Of a stretch of 64,000 nt of DNA, positions 13,455-26,500 are shown piece after piece. The stretch's first letter is position 1; every line of letters begins with the position of its first letter. This DNA comes from Camelus dromedarius (taxonomy: Eukaryota). The notes under the pieces were generated by a model. That model made no database searches. It had not been told where the DNA came from and saw nothing but the letters and a program-made list of their open reading frames with translations. The position numbers and the translations under genes were made by a program. The stretch spans positions 13,890,001-13,954,000 of the forward strand of contig NC_087438.1 in the NCBI RefSeq assembly GCF_036321535.1, read 5' to 3'.

Positions 13455-13695
13455 GGTAGCATATATGGCTTTTTAAAAAACAGGGTCTTTGGAATAAAGC
13501 AAAACTGGATTTAAATTCTAGATCTGCCACTTTATCACTATGTAAACTTGGCCAATTTACCTAATTTTCTGAGCCTTAGTTTCTTCATCTGTAGAATGGG
13601 ACTAATACTATAGACTCTTTAGGGTTGTTAGAGGGGCTTTTGACTTGCTGTATAAACCTCTGGCCCACAGAGAGCAAGCAATGAATGGTCACTGT
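13455..13695 (+). mobile_element. MIR SINE
   Basis: ggatttaaattctagatctgccactt...ctgagccttagtttcttcatctgtagaatggg. Confidence 0.8.
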
Positions 13696-14765
13696 TTGTA
13701 ACAGTCATGTGATGTAGGTCACATTTCCAGAAAGCCCTCTAGCCTCTTGTGTCATCACAGGGTTGCTCATCCATCAGCAGCCACACAGGACATTCCCGAA
13801 TTTCAATTGCAGTATGCCAGCAAGTGAGCACAGGCTGTTTGAATCAAGGTTTCTTTCCTACTGGTAAACAGCCTGGTCCCAATTCTATTTTTAAGAAAGT
13901 TGGTGATTATATTGCTGCAAATTGCACATCCTTGTTTTGGGTCGAAAGAGACAAAAGCTAGACATGGCATGCCCTTAGAAATCTGAATAATCTTACTAAT
14001 AGTTTAGAAAATTGAAATACAAAAGGCTGAAGTCAGGAAGCTTTTCACAAATGCCTGTAAGACGCAAACTCCCCTTCATTATCAATTCTGCAGACTTGGA
14101 GTTAATTGCATTTCAGGGCACATTGCAAGGTACAGCTTTTCAAGGCGCAGTTTCCTTAATTAGTACAAACATTTGGTCCCTGAGAAATGTGGAAGTATAG
14201 GATTGCTTTTGTATTTGTTAATGTTTTCTGTATTTTATTCACTGTTTGCACCTAGAGGCCCATGTGAATGACACATTTTTATTAAAATCAAGAACAAATA
14301 TTATGTAAATTATGCCCCCAAACACAAGCTTTGGAGTCTGACGATTTTAAGGAAGCTTTGGAAGGATTCATTTCAGCTGTCTAACCAAAACAAAACAAAA
14401 AAATATAAGGCACAAGCTAATGAATTTGTGCTTCTTAGTATTTGCTTTTGGAGAAAATATACCAATCACCTTTGCGTAGCAACAACTGGGAGTTGTTGTG
14501 TGAAACATAGCTGGTGTTCAATTAAATGCTCCCAATGACAGAGCAATTACTGAGGACATTAACAATATTATGGAGCAATTATATATAAATATTTTTATGA
14601 AATAAAGTGTATATGTTGAAACATTCACATGAACATGCATGTATGTGAGACATCCACACTGATATGCATTTCCCAAATATAGTTTTTCAAAATTTCTTTC
14701 CATGAATTTAATAATTAGAACTCCTGTTTTGCCAAAGTAACATCCAGTTTGGTTTACTCTGTGTT

Positions 14766-15581
14766 AAGATTTTTCAACCTCAGCACTACTGATATTCTGA
14801 AACAGATAATTCTTTGTTGTGGGGACTCACTTGTGAGCTGCAGGATGCTCAGGACCATCCCTGACATCTATCTACAGATGACAGTAGTATTCCTCCCCAA
14901 GTTGTGATCACCAAACACATCTTCAAACATTGCCAGTGGTCCCTTGGTAGGGGTGTTAGAGCAGGCAGATAGCCAGATATGAGCAGAGAAAGAGGGGCAC
15001 AGGCCAAGTGGCAGGAAATCATACGTCATCTAAACAACGGGGGTCCCTGGGCAGAGGAAAAAAGCTGGAACCTCTGGACTGATAAGAAATCACACATTTG
15101 GGGTATGAGTGTCCTGGAGGCCAACAAAGAAAGGGAAAAAAGCAGGAATCTCTAGTGTCTAAATGTAACCTTTTGCTCATTATGCCCTCATTACAAGTAA
15201 ATTAGCCTTGCAAATTAGAAGTTCCCATTATGCACTGACATCATGACACTTCCCATCCAGACTAAATAAGGACAAAAATCCCTCTTCCCCTTGAGAAGGT
15301 TGATCTGGGGTGAAAATCAGTGAATACGACTCTAAACCCTTCCCCCTGAATGAATATTCTGTCCATTCATTTTTACACCCTATGTAACCAAATTGCCAAA
15401 GAAACTCAGTGCAGCCACTCACCTGAGTCTGCCCTCTCGCCCCTTGACCGTGTACTATCCATCCCTCAAAACATCCTCATTTTACTTTCTTAACCTCCGT
15501 GTCTGTCTCTGAATTCTTTCTGCGATGAGACAAGAACCTAACTGCCGGCAACAGGGGGGTTTTGCCCTGGGGTGACCACTG
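14766..15581 (+). mobile_element. MER20 (hAT-Charlie MITE) split by an ERV1 LTR: pieces about 14766-14953 and 15558-15581
   Basis: ttcaacctcagcactactgatatt...agataattctttgttgtgggg...caggatg...ccccaagttgtgatcaccaaa...aacattgcca; resumes after the LTR as ttgccctggggtgaccactg. Confidence 0.88.
14954..15553 (+). mobile_element. ERV1-type solo LTR (600 bp)
   Basis: TGTT...AACA termini, perfect 4-bp TSD GGGG (14950-14953 and 15554-15557), U5-like tctctgaattctttctgcgatgagacaagaacc. Confidence 0.88.
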
Positions 15582-15639
15582 TTTTACGTGGAACGGTGAT
15601 TTTGTGTATGTGAGGATGTACAGAGCAACACTGAAAGAA

Positions 15640-16240
15640 GTCTGTCCCTTACCTCAAGTTTTCCTCCTTTTGCCTACCTTTTTGGAACATCTCTTCCACC
15701 CTTCACAGCATTTTAAAATTCCATTATTACTTATTTTGAAATGCACCTCCTCCTATCATTGTTTTTATTAAAGTTATTCATGCATCTCTGATTTCTCTTC
15801 TCCCCGCATCGACATTGCTGTCAGGATAAATTTCCAAGATGTGGACTTAGCACAAAGCCTCTTCGTGATCTCTCTCCAGCTTCTCTCTCCAACCTCATTA
15901 TTTGCCATTCCCACACAGGCAACCTGAGCTCCTTGTGTACACAACAAACTTCAGTTATCTTCTCTATTCTTCACCTGTCTAATCCTTAACCTGGATTTTG
16001 AGCCTCAATTCAATCTTCCTCAACTCATTCCCTCTAGGAGATGTTGGGCACACCTGTTCACTACACATTTTATCAGACCTTTATCACCCTTATCAAAGGA
16101 TGCAAATTTTTTTTTGGTCTCTTCACTAGACTTCAAGCTGCTCTGTGTGTGTGTGCCTGTGTTTAATGTCTTTATCACAAAGGCTATTGTAATATTTGCA
16201 TATGATAGGTGCTTTAAATATCACTTTTAAAAATAAATGT
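15640..16240 (+). mobile_element. Degenerate L2 3' fragment(s)
   Basis: Pyrimidine-rich; cttcgtgatctctctccagc, cactagacttcaagct, taggtgctttaaata...aataaatg. Confidence 0.5.
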
Positions 16241-17144
16241 ATTTCCCACCTCTTTTAATTAAAAAATACAGAATTCATCATTAACATCAAGTTTTAGCCT
16301 TCAAAAGAAAGTCTTACCAATGTTTATCAAACATTTTCACAACAAACTCACAGCATGAAGTATTTTTATTCTCAAAGGTGTTGGCTCCTTTTGGTAAATG
16401 GCTGCATTTGTAAATAACTTTTATAATGCTAGCTTTCAATACAATTAGACAAATTTTACTTACTAAATGTCAAAAATGATATTAAAATATGGCATACTAT
16501 GGAATAATAAAGCACAGTGGGCTTTCCTCTGGTTGGATAAATAAGCATATCAACTCCCGCCTGCATCCCTTAATTAAAGATCAGTTTCCATCACTGGGTT
16601 TATGCATGTTACTTTGTACACTTTGCCTGTCCTGCCTCTTACAAGCCACATGCAGCTCCTGCTCTCAGTGTGAACAGAGGTGTTATCAACTGACAGGGTA
16701 CTCTCTCTGCTGCATTCACGGATGAAACAGAATTGTTTAATACACACATTTGTGCACAGAAAATGGTTTCTCTCCATGCATGAGTGCTGTGGCCATTTTT
16801 TTTAAAAACTTAAAAACAATCATGCTCACATAAAAGAAAGTTGAAACACTTCACAAATGTTACATAGATACCTAGGAGAATATTTATCGTATTAACTTTT
16901 GTCAAAATGGATGAGAACTAAAGAGAGTGAGAATAAGAACTCGATGGGGAAAAGCAGACAGATTTGTTAAGGACTTCAGGCTTTCTAGGGCCTTAGGATT
17001 ATCCAAGGGTATAAACACAAGGTAACCAAAGAGTTTTAAACATTACGTAGTTCTTTGATTTTGTCATAACTGAGACAAAAAAAAAAAAAACCCTCCCTTC
17101 TCATTACGCAAGGAAAGGTTTAATTACATCTGCGCATACTACAG

Positions 17145-17580
17145 TAATAAAATATTAATGAGCACTTACTATGTGAAGCACTTTCTGTCAATCTAATTTA
17201 ATTCTCCCAACATATTTATGCAGTATTATTATTCCCTGTTCATATGTTCAACATTGAGATTCAGCAAGGTTGAATGACTGTGTAAGACCCCACAACTAGT
17301 AAACCAAGCCACCGGAAATCTCACATCGGTCTTCCTGCCTTCAGAGGTGATTCTCTAAGGAACACTGCACACTGCCTTGGACAAGATTGCATTTATAGAG
17401 TCACTGCTGGATGCAGACCACTCAGCTTAGCACTTTAAGCTCATCACTTAGTCAGTCTCACAATGAATAACTCTGAGAGACAGATATTAGTGTTCTTCTT
17501 TCACAAATAAGGGTGATTTCCTAAAGGTTTGCAGCTACTGTAACCGGACAAGGATTCAGAGCCGAATGTTATTCCCAAAC
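17145..17580 (-). mobile_element. Two adjacent MIR SINE fragments
   Basis: taatgagcacttactatgtg...attgagattcagcaaggttgaatgactg; second copy gcatttatagag...tttcacaaataagg...ggattcaga. Confidence 0.65.
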
Positions 17581-17935
17581 CTTCATTTTAAAAACTGTAT
17601 TTATACCCCTAATCATTAACGTACCAAAGATTCTCTAGTCTGTGATTAAATATTTCTATATAAAATTTTCCAGTCAATTACACTCCCATCTATTAAGTCG
17701 AATGGAAAAAAAAAAAATCTGTGTGGTCAACAATATACTCATGGAGATAGCTACAGATATTCTAAATTTGACAGCAACCCATCTGTTATTCACTCAGGTA
17801 AAGAATCAGTTAATATGATAATTGGATTATAGTCATAGGAAATAACATGGAAATTAAATATTATTTTATTCATTTTGAATTGCTGTGAGAAGCAATAAAA
17901 TCGTTACAGGTCTAAAAGGTGAAAATATAACATAC

Positions 17936-18189
17936 CTCACTAAGCTATTAGCACTGTCAGGATCTTGTGCCAAAACTGTGCCAACGACAGTCCCGATCTT
18001 GGCATTTTCATAGACTTCCATGACGTAGGAGGGCATGGAAAACAATGGTGGCTCGTCTACATCCCCAACAATGATCTTCAGCATGGTAGCATCTTTAAAA
18101 GGACCCAAGTGAGAAAAGCGAAAATCGAGATGTGTATTTGCTCCTTCTATGTTGAGGGTATATGATTTCTTTTTCTCATAGTTCAGCGG
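17936..18189 (-). CDS. CDH18: CDH18 coding exon, 254 bp (EC3 end and EC4 start: LNYE, DVDEPP, DPD)
   Basis: Minus strand: acceptor ttatttttcccccacag|CCGCTGAAC, donor GTGAG|gtatgt, phase 0 to phase 2. Lies inside ORF 17866..18279. Confidence 0.96.
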
Positions 18190-21100
18190 CTGTGGGGGAA
18201 AAATAAGATTTCCAATATTATGACTATTATCAGTTTTCAAACAAACATTTTCTTTTCCTTTTTTGAAACAAACAAGCATGGATGGGTTTAGGTCAATCTG
18301 TTTCCATTTATAAACAAACTATGAAGTTTGTCTTGACAATAACATCTAAAGCAGAAATCATGAAAATTCAAGTCTGAATCAATTGTGATTTTTCAGAGCC
18401 ATAAACAGGATGATAACTGGATACAAAAGGATATTTCCCACAGGCAAGTAAATATTGCTTTTTGGAGACTCAATCTTAGTCTCTTCTAGTAACTTCTTTC
18501 TATCTCCTCTTCAACTTAAATTATTCATTTAAAAAAAAAATTGCTACTAAATTGCTAAATTAAAAAATACATTTTTTACATTAAAACAATATATCGCATA
18601 TCATTACTTTTTATGTATTATCATCTTATTTACACCTTATTGATTTTGAACTTGATATCTAATTTTGAAATCCGATAAATTTTTAAGTTTTCATTTCAGC
18701 AATACTTTCTTGAAATCTTAGTAAAAGATTTTCTACAGACGTTAGAATTTTTTAGTGTGGTTTTAACTGTATTCACTTTCTTTTTTTGCTGGTAATACCA
18801 TTTCATGTATTTGTTTTTTTGTTCATTTCCTTTATTTGGATGTTTTGATCAATTTTATTTTTTTATAGCATTCTGTTTGTATGCCATTTACTTTTTAGCT
18901 TTGAGTCTTTATTAATAGTTTCTCATAAACTTTTTAGTTTTTTTTCTCATTTCGAAAAATCATCTAGCCAACATTTTTTTTTTTTTCTGTTAATAATGTC
19001 AGAAGTCGTGACTTTGGCTTAGCATACAATAATGAATGAAATAAGGTCCGGCTGGTGTTTTGTCTCAGGGAATACATATATAGGATATAAAAGAGTAAAC
19101 AGACATTTATAGCCCTGTGTATCTAGTGCTATAAGGCAGAGGAGGTATTATGAAAGTAACAGGGATATAAACTCAGACACAGGAGCATATGAGCAGGTAG
19201 GTAGTACTTGCAAGAGGAAGACCTTTTTTGGATCAGAACTCAAGGTTTCAAAAGTGTTAAACGTGAGGCACATAACAGGTTCTGTGACCCTAAATGAGCT
19301 TAGATTTAGAACTAACCATGTCAGAAGTCTCCATGGTGATGTTACGGCAGGTGATACAGAGATCAGCCTTTTATTTTGAGCCTAGGGAAACACCTATAGA
19401 TAAACATTTATGAGAAGAAACAGTAGATTTCTTTTTCACCCCTATTTCTGTCACTGATTCTGCACTGGCCTGCTTCAGTCTTGCAGCCTTCTTTCTTGGC
19501 ATAATCAGAGAATGACCATTCCCTATGGAGGAACTCATATTTTCCTTTACCTTAGGGGCCGAGAAGCTGATTAGAAAGAGTATTCTTAATGGGATTTTAT
19601 AAACAGTAGATCAGTCCTACTGATGATTATTTCCCTATCTCTTCTGAATTGCTTTGGAAAATTGAACTTCCCAGAGACTGAACACAAGGAAAAACAACCA
19701 TTTAATTTCCAAACCAGATAATAAGAATCTGGAACCAATAATACGTCTCAGGGGTCTGGATAAGACTAGGTCACTACAATAGTCTACAAGTGTTTGTAAG
19801 ACAAAACAAGAATTCTGAAAATACTAAAAACTCAAATTCTTAAATATGAACCATCTATATAAAATATACAGATTTATATATGATAAAATATTATGTATTT
19901 TAGATTTATATATTTTAAAGAGGGGCTAACTGACCTGCAGCTTATGGCCTATCAGTTGGGAGTCATTTCCTTCCCAAGAAGTTTAAACTAGAAATGAATT
20001 GCAAAAGTAACTAGCACCCATCTTGTTTAGGGAATTGCATGACTTTTAGTTAGACCCATAGATTTATTACACTTTTTCTTTCCTTGATTCCTCTCTCCTT
20101 AACATAATATTCGGTCTTAGACTAATTCAATAAGTCTCCAAATTTAAATCACCTGACTTAGCAATGGTACAGACTTGCTGCCTATCAAGAATGAGGTGCA
20201 CGGCTACAGTCCCCCTGGCACAGAGGAGATGGACTATCAGAATCCTGGCATTTTGCTCATAGAAAGCATCACCCTTGGCAGGTTTACTGCTCATTTAAGG
20301 TCAGTTTAATTCCTTAGACTCAACCTGCTGCATCTGGTCGACTATATAATGACTAAGGTTCATTAAGAGTCTTTCTGACTTTCAATAAAATTTGTGGAGA
20401 TAATTTTTGCCACCTCTACCTCATCAGATATTATTATCAAGATGTGCATCCAATATGACAGTCATCTCTTTTTCCATTCTTTAGCAGGTCCCTTGGCAAG
20501 TTAGCTGTCATTTGTCTTAACACTAACCTACCTCCTGATGAGGTATAAACTGTTTATGTGAATAAATGGTTTCATGTTAATGATTATCTCAAATATGCTC
20601 AGCTACCCCAAGACACAAATAATCATTCTGAAGGACTTTGTGAGGCCTGGCTGATGGATGGATAAGGACCCATCTAGAGTCATCAAACAATGAGAAGAGT
20701 ATTTAAGTTTGGGACAGGAATTTAGAAGCAGATGAATTAATGTAAATGGAAACATTTTAACAATCACATTTATGAAGAAAACGTGGCAGTGCTAAATTGC
20801 AAGTATAGAAAAACTGGGAGGAAATTACACTACTTATTCTTGGAGGTTGCAGGATTACATATACAATATAAAGTATGTCAATTCGTTGTTTTGTAGTAGA
20901 ACTACAGTAGTACATAGAAATTGGATTAGGAGTATAATTGTATTTTTCCTATTACTATAAATCCTGGTAAAGCTGTCCAAATACTGATCATTCATACACT
21001 GTAGATAGATATTCCAGTAATTTCCTAGTAATCTCTTGTTCCTGGGAAACTAGTTAGAACTCTGTCTATGGGTTTCACTTTCCATAGTTACCAGCAGATT

Positions 21101-21999
21101 TTTTATTACCTAAAAATAGCCAATGAAAAACAGTATGTCAAGAACAGTGAAATTTATTCATCTAATACCTGGTTTTTATGAAAAGATAGTGGAGGGAAAA
21201 AACATTAAAAGAGAAAAAAAAAGAAAATTTACTCAGGCTATTAACATACCACAGAAAGCAAAAACATGAAATGTCTAGCTGAGAGTTTATGAAACACAAA
21301 ACGTACCCTTTCCCACTTTCAAAACAAAACAAAACAAAAATGGATACAAAATAAGTCCATAAATGTGAGGCATGGTGGGAACTTGCTAAGGGCAATTATA
21401 CAGCCAGAGACTGTTTATGAGAATAAGAAAGACTTTTCCTGCTATACTATCTTAAAACTTCAACTGTCAATGCTTATAGCTCTTTTTGGCTGGATTCGGA
21501 CAGAAATCATTTGAATGGAACAGATGATTAAAATATTCAAGCTGAAAAAAGAATTGGGAAAAGAGTTCTTCCTTTTTGTTACTTGAAAACGCTTGGAAAG
21601 AATAAGATCCTGTCTTTCACAATGTTCACCGTTATTTTTGCCTCACTAAGATGTTTGGTGTATGGGATGGGGTTTTATAATTTGAATCTAGTTTATCCTA
21701 TTTAACAAAATTTCAGAACTATGCCAAGTTTCTTTTTTCTTTTTTAATTTTTTTGAAAACTGCAAGTCTGGATTATCAGTTCAGTATCTAATATGAAAAG
21801 CAGGTGACCCTAAAGCAATGGCGTTCTACTGGAGATTACTAACATATTAACATTTAGGCAGGAATATTCCAGAAACACTATCTGATTCATTTTTCATTTT
21901 CATAGAATGTGCCCTGGCTTTAATTCTCTGGACAAGTCTCAATTGTGGCCAAAGTTCTGAGAGTTACAAACAAAAACTGTTGTATCATTGATGTTCATA

Positions 22000-22160
22000 G
22001 TTAACCAATGCTATGATTATTGTCATCAAATTTAGTAAATTAAAATTGTTTTAATAGCATATGTGTCAATTATAACATGAGACATACTTATCCTAGGAAA
22101 CTATCATTTATCTGAAATGAAAAATTAACTAGTTGTCCTGTATTTTACCTAGCAATGCTA
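22000..22160. mobile_element. MER53-like palindromic hAT MITE (degenerate)
   Basis: catgagacatacttatcct...tttatctgaaatgaaaaattaactagttgtcctgtatttt...tagcaatgct resembles the MER53 right arm; the left arm is decayed. Confidence 0.65.
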
Positions 22161-22507
22161 ACTAGGATACAATCATGACAATCATTGTTGGTAATCAAAT
22201 ACACTAGCAATATATAATCAACAGCAAATATAGCAAAGTTATTTATTGGCAACTTCCAACTTCAAAAAAATATGTTAGCTTTAATCATTTGAAATTCCTG
22301 TTATCAACAATGTATGACATACACTAAAGGTAATTTCATGATTCAGCTTAAGATATTTGTAGTTCTGACATTGAACCATCTAAGCATTTCTGGAATAATT
22401 CAACTTGCTATGTGTTTTGTTTTACTGAGACGGTGCTTGGAATGGTTCCACATGTATTCATAAATGAGATTTGTGTTGGTTTATTAGGTTTTTGTATTAA
22501 TGCCATT

Positions 22508-22690
22508 GCATTCGTTTCTAGGGGCTGTCATAACAAATTACCAAACACTGGGTGACTTGAAACAACAGAAATGTATTCTCTTGCACTTCTGGAGACAAGT
22601 CTGAAATTTGGCAGAGCTGAGGGCCTATGGGGAATGTAATCTATTCCTCACCTCTTCCAACTTCTGTGGGTGCCCTGGCATGCCTGGGGA
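22508..22690 (-). mobile_element. MaLR LTR fragment (MLT1C/D-like)
   Basis: tgcattcgtttctaggggctgtcataacaaattaccaaacactgggtgacttgaaacaacagaaatgtattctcttgcacttctggag. Confidence 0.8.
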
Positions 22691-23384
22691 AGAAGCTACC
22701 CCAGCACTGTTGGGAATCCAGTTTGCATTCTCATTCAACCACCTGTGGGATGAAACTCTAGGCTTGGTGTTCAGAAATGCTTTGCAGCTGTGGGCCATAA
22801 ATATGCTTTTCAGGGGAAACAGAAAATTTCAGGTAACTCATGTCACAACTATTTTGGTTAGATTGTGTATTCTCCAATGTAATAGTCCCTCATTGTAATG
22901 TTCAAAATTATTTGCCTATGATCTCCATTCTTGAAGGCCAGCACAGCTGGATACAAAGGATTTGACTCATATTTACTTTCCTTAGTCTATGGTACGTATT
23001 GCTCCATGCATGCTTAAAAGCAATCGCCCATGCAAAGTTTCCCCTGACCCTCCTCCATCTTTGAAAAATTGGCCCTCTTTTATCTGTGAACTCATAACAA
23101 TTTAAGTAAACCTATACCATTAGCATTTGACATCTTGTATTATAACAATGTATCATGTCTATTCAGTTTTCCCTAAGAGCAAGGATATTATCTAATTCAT
23201 CTTCATATTTCAGGTACTTGGCATAATTCCTGGTACATGGTGGGTGATTAATAATCCTTCTTCAATCTCAAATAAAGCTGTGCTTAGAGAACAGAAAAGT
23301 GCTATTACATGGTTTGCACCTGAAGGATGGAAAGTTCTATGTTATTTCTAAAATATGAAATGAACACCTATGTGTGAACTAAGC

Positions 23385-23575
23385 AATGAACATTTATCAA
23401 CTCATTTGATAATCACAACTCCTGTGACTTGTTATTGTTTCCATTTACAAATGAAGAAACCAAGGAACAGAAAAGTTAAGAAGCTTATTCAGGGGCAACA
23501 GCCTGTAACTGATATACTTGGGATTTGAACTAAGGCAGTGGGCCTCCAGAAGCTGTGCCCTGAGGCACTATGACA
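23385..23575 (-). mobile_element. MIR SINE
   Basis: ccatttacaaatgaagaaaccaaggaacagaaaagttaag...gggatttgaactaaggcag. Confidence 0.75.
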
Positions 23576-26500
23576 TTCTGCCTGAAATCTAATCAGCATA
23601 TAAATAATGTAACATAGCATTCCAATGTGACGACTCATAGTGAACAGATTTTTAGTGGAATGAAATGTCCTCACTATTACAGGGTATATTCATGCATCTT
23701 TCCAAGTATTTATAAAGACATTAAAAATGAACTATCAACTTCATGAATTATAACTTCATTAATTCTGGCTACGAAAACTCATAATTTCCTTAATTCACAG
23801 ATTCACAAAGCTAAGAAACTAAGATGTTTTTCATGCAAAGTCCTCTACAGCCTCTGTCTCTGTTAGAAGTGCTTATTCTGGTGTCAGTTTAACCACCCCA
23901 GGTAAGCTTCTCTTACTTGTGTCTGGTCACTGCTCAGCGTCCTCATGCAGCTCACTGACAGTGAGCTGACTCCAGTCTTCATCTCAAGTTTCAGTTTCTT
24001 AATTTTATCCTATTACTCTTAGTAATTACTTTTACATATCATTGCTCTTCCTAACTTAGAAAACCATACTTTTCCCTCTTTAAAATTAGCACATTTCTTA
24101 TTATTGTAGATAAGTTATCATCTTTCCCATCAATCATTTTCTAGCCAGCTGTACATATTTGGAATTTTTTAACTGTTTCTCATTAATCACTTCTACTACT
24201 CATCAAATCACACTAATATATTCCTTCGCTGGAACTAGATAACCATCATAAATAGACAGATACTGAAAACAGCATTTAGTCAGATTGCTCTAGGATTCAA
24301 TTCTTCTTGGAGTTCAAGAAGTTCATCAAATTTTGTTTTCCTAAATAACAAGAAGAGATTCCACAGGACCTCTCCTTGATCCATTTTCTATTTTGTGTCA
24401 TCGTCCACATTGTTAGCTGTGGGAATGGGAAAATAATGGGACTGGTTGCAACATTATTTAATAGATGAAAAAAAATGTCACTTTGATTATGCAAAAAATG
24501 GCCAAATCCTGAAATAGTGACTGACATTATTAATTTTTGTTTTCTGAGAAAAATATCTATTTTAAATAATATCTTGCCCAACATAAGAACAATTGCTTGC
24601 ATCTGAATACTGTTTCTTCAGCTAGGTTTTCTTATGCTATGATTTGTGGTCCTTGTCAGAAGCCTTTTCTGCACGGTAGACGTTCTGTGAAGACTAGAAC
24701 ACATGTATGCACCTTATATTATAAATTCTCTATATAGAAGAATGTATTACCCATTTAATGTGCATAATTCCAAGGTTATCAATACAAATAAATATTACAT
24801 ACTTGCTTCCTGTCAATGGAAGACTGGGAAAACACATGGAAATGTTTTATTTTAAATAACAAATGTACATATATAATATATAAAGTATATTTATTTATTC
24901 CTTATTATTCTATTTATATACACTCATATACTAGCACATATATGTGCGTTACATGTGTGGGTATTTCAATATGCCCACACTTATGAAAACTTCTCTATAA
25001 CTTATGGATGTGGATAGCTTAACTCAGTAGGGTGTTTCAACAGATCATTCATTTCCAATTATATTACATTGTAGGAATATGTGTTAAAAACTGTTAATGA
25101 ATGCTCACAGTAGTTTCAACAGACCTGTCACTCCACGGCCATACCTACAGATGAAGAGTAAGAATAAAAGTTTCCCCAAGGCAGTTCTCCATCAGAGGTA
25201 TTCTAAATACAGTGACAGACTTCACTGAATTGAAAGTTGGACTTTCTCCTCTTCAGCTTCTGGCTGGGCAGGAGAACCACTTTCCAGATACTAGGATCTT
25301 ACAAGAATAAAAACAGTAACCTGGTGGAGGTTTTTAATAATAAAATCCCTAATGAATGTTTAGTTTTTGTAAATAACTCATTAGAATTAGAAACCTATTT
25401 CTTTTATGTACAAAGTGTGCTCGTGTGCTTGCTTGTGTGTGCTTTTGCAATTGGCTGGAATGCCTTATTTTTTTTTGCACTTTGTGGTTCACAGCCCCAA
25501 AACTTTACACTATAATGGCAAAGGACATCCTGATTCTTAGTCGGTTGCTCAGTGCATGTCAAAGAAATGATAAGAAAAATTCAATAAATGTAATCTACTA
25601 AAAATTTTAAAATGTGGTTATTTAGAATAGACCTAGTATGGTTATAATTAAAAACATCTTCATAGTTTTTCTCTTAGGATTAATTTAAACTTAAAAAAAT
25701 ACTTTTTATAATTTTTTATGTTTATTTTCATGACCCATCTCTAATCCTGTGTTAAATAAGATGGTATAATGATCTTTAACACACTGTATGGTATAAAATT
25801 TAAAAAAAAAAATACAAAGTACCCAGTTGCAAAATGTTTAACAACTACTGTGGACAGGAATAGACTTGTAGCACACATAGATAGACATTCAGGGATATTG
25901 TCATTACATTCATAGTGAATTAATTAGAAAAGTTCTTTCTACTCTATCAGATCTAGCAGATTTAAGAGGCATATGGAATTGCTATGTTCTGCACAGTGAG
26001 AAATTAGTGAAATGCCTTCCTTGATATGTAAAAAGAAAAGATAATTCAAAGAAGGATATGTGTGACTCAAACATAACTAGAGATGTTATACTACAAAGAC
26101 AACATTGAACTTTGAAAAAATCTCCTCTTACAGAAGATGGATGGGGAAGTAGCTCACCAAGACACGTGAATGACAGCATACACATGTGACATAATCTACA
26201 CAGGATATGTCAATTTTTGTGTGCTTACAGGTGGATAGGATAACATGAAATAAACAGGTAGTAAAATAACCACATGGAGTGGTCTGGAAAGTGCAATTAA
26301 AATTTGGTGCAAAAAGAGGAAGAAAGGAACACAAGAAGAAAAGCAGACTTTGAGATCTTATTGCAATTGTTATCCAGACACAGCCTGTTTCCACCTTATT
26401 TTATCTATTTGTAATTATCACTTTGGAACATGCTAAAATAAGAAAAGTGAAGATTAATAGACTTGAGATAATGTCATCGATCTCTTAAAGGGCAAGACCA

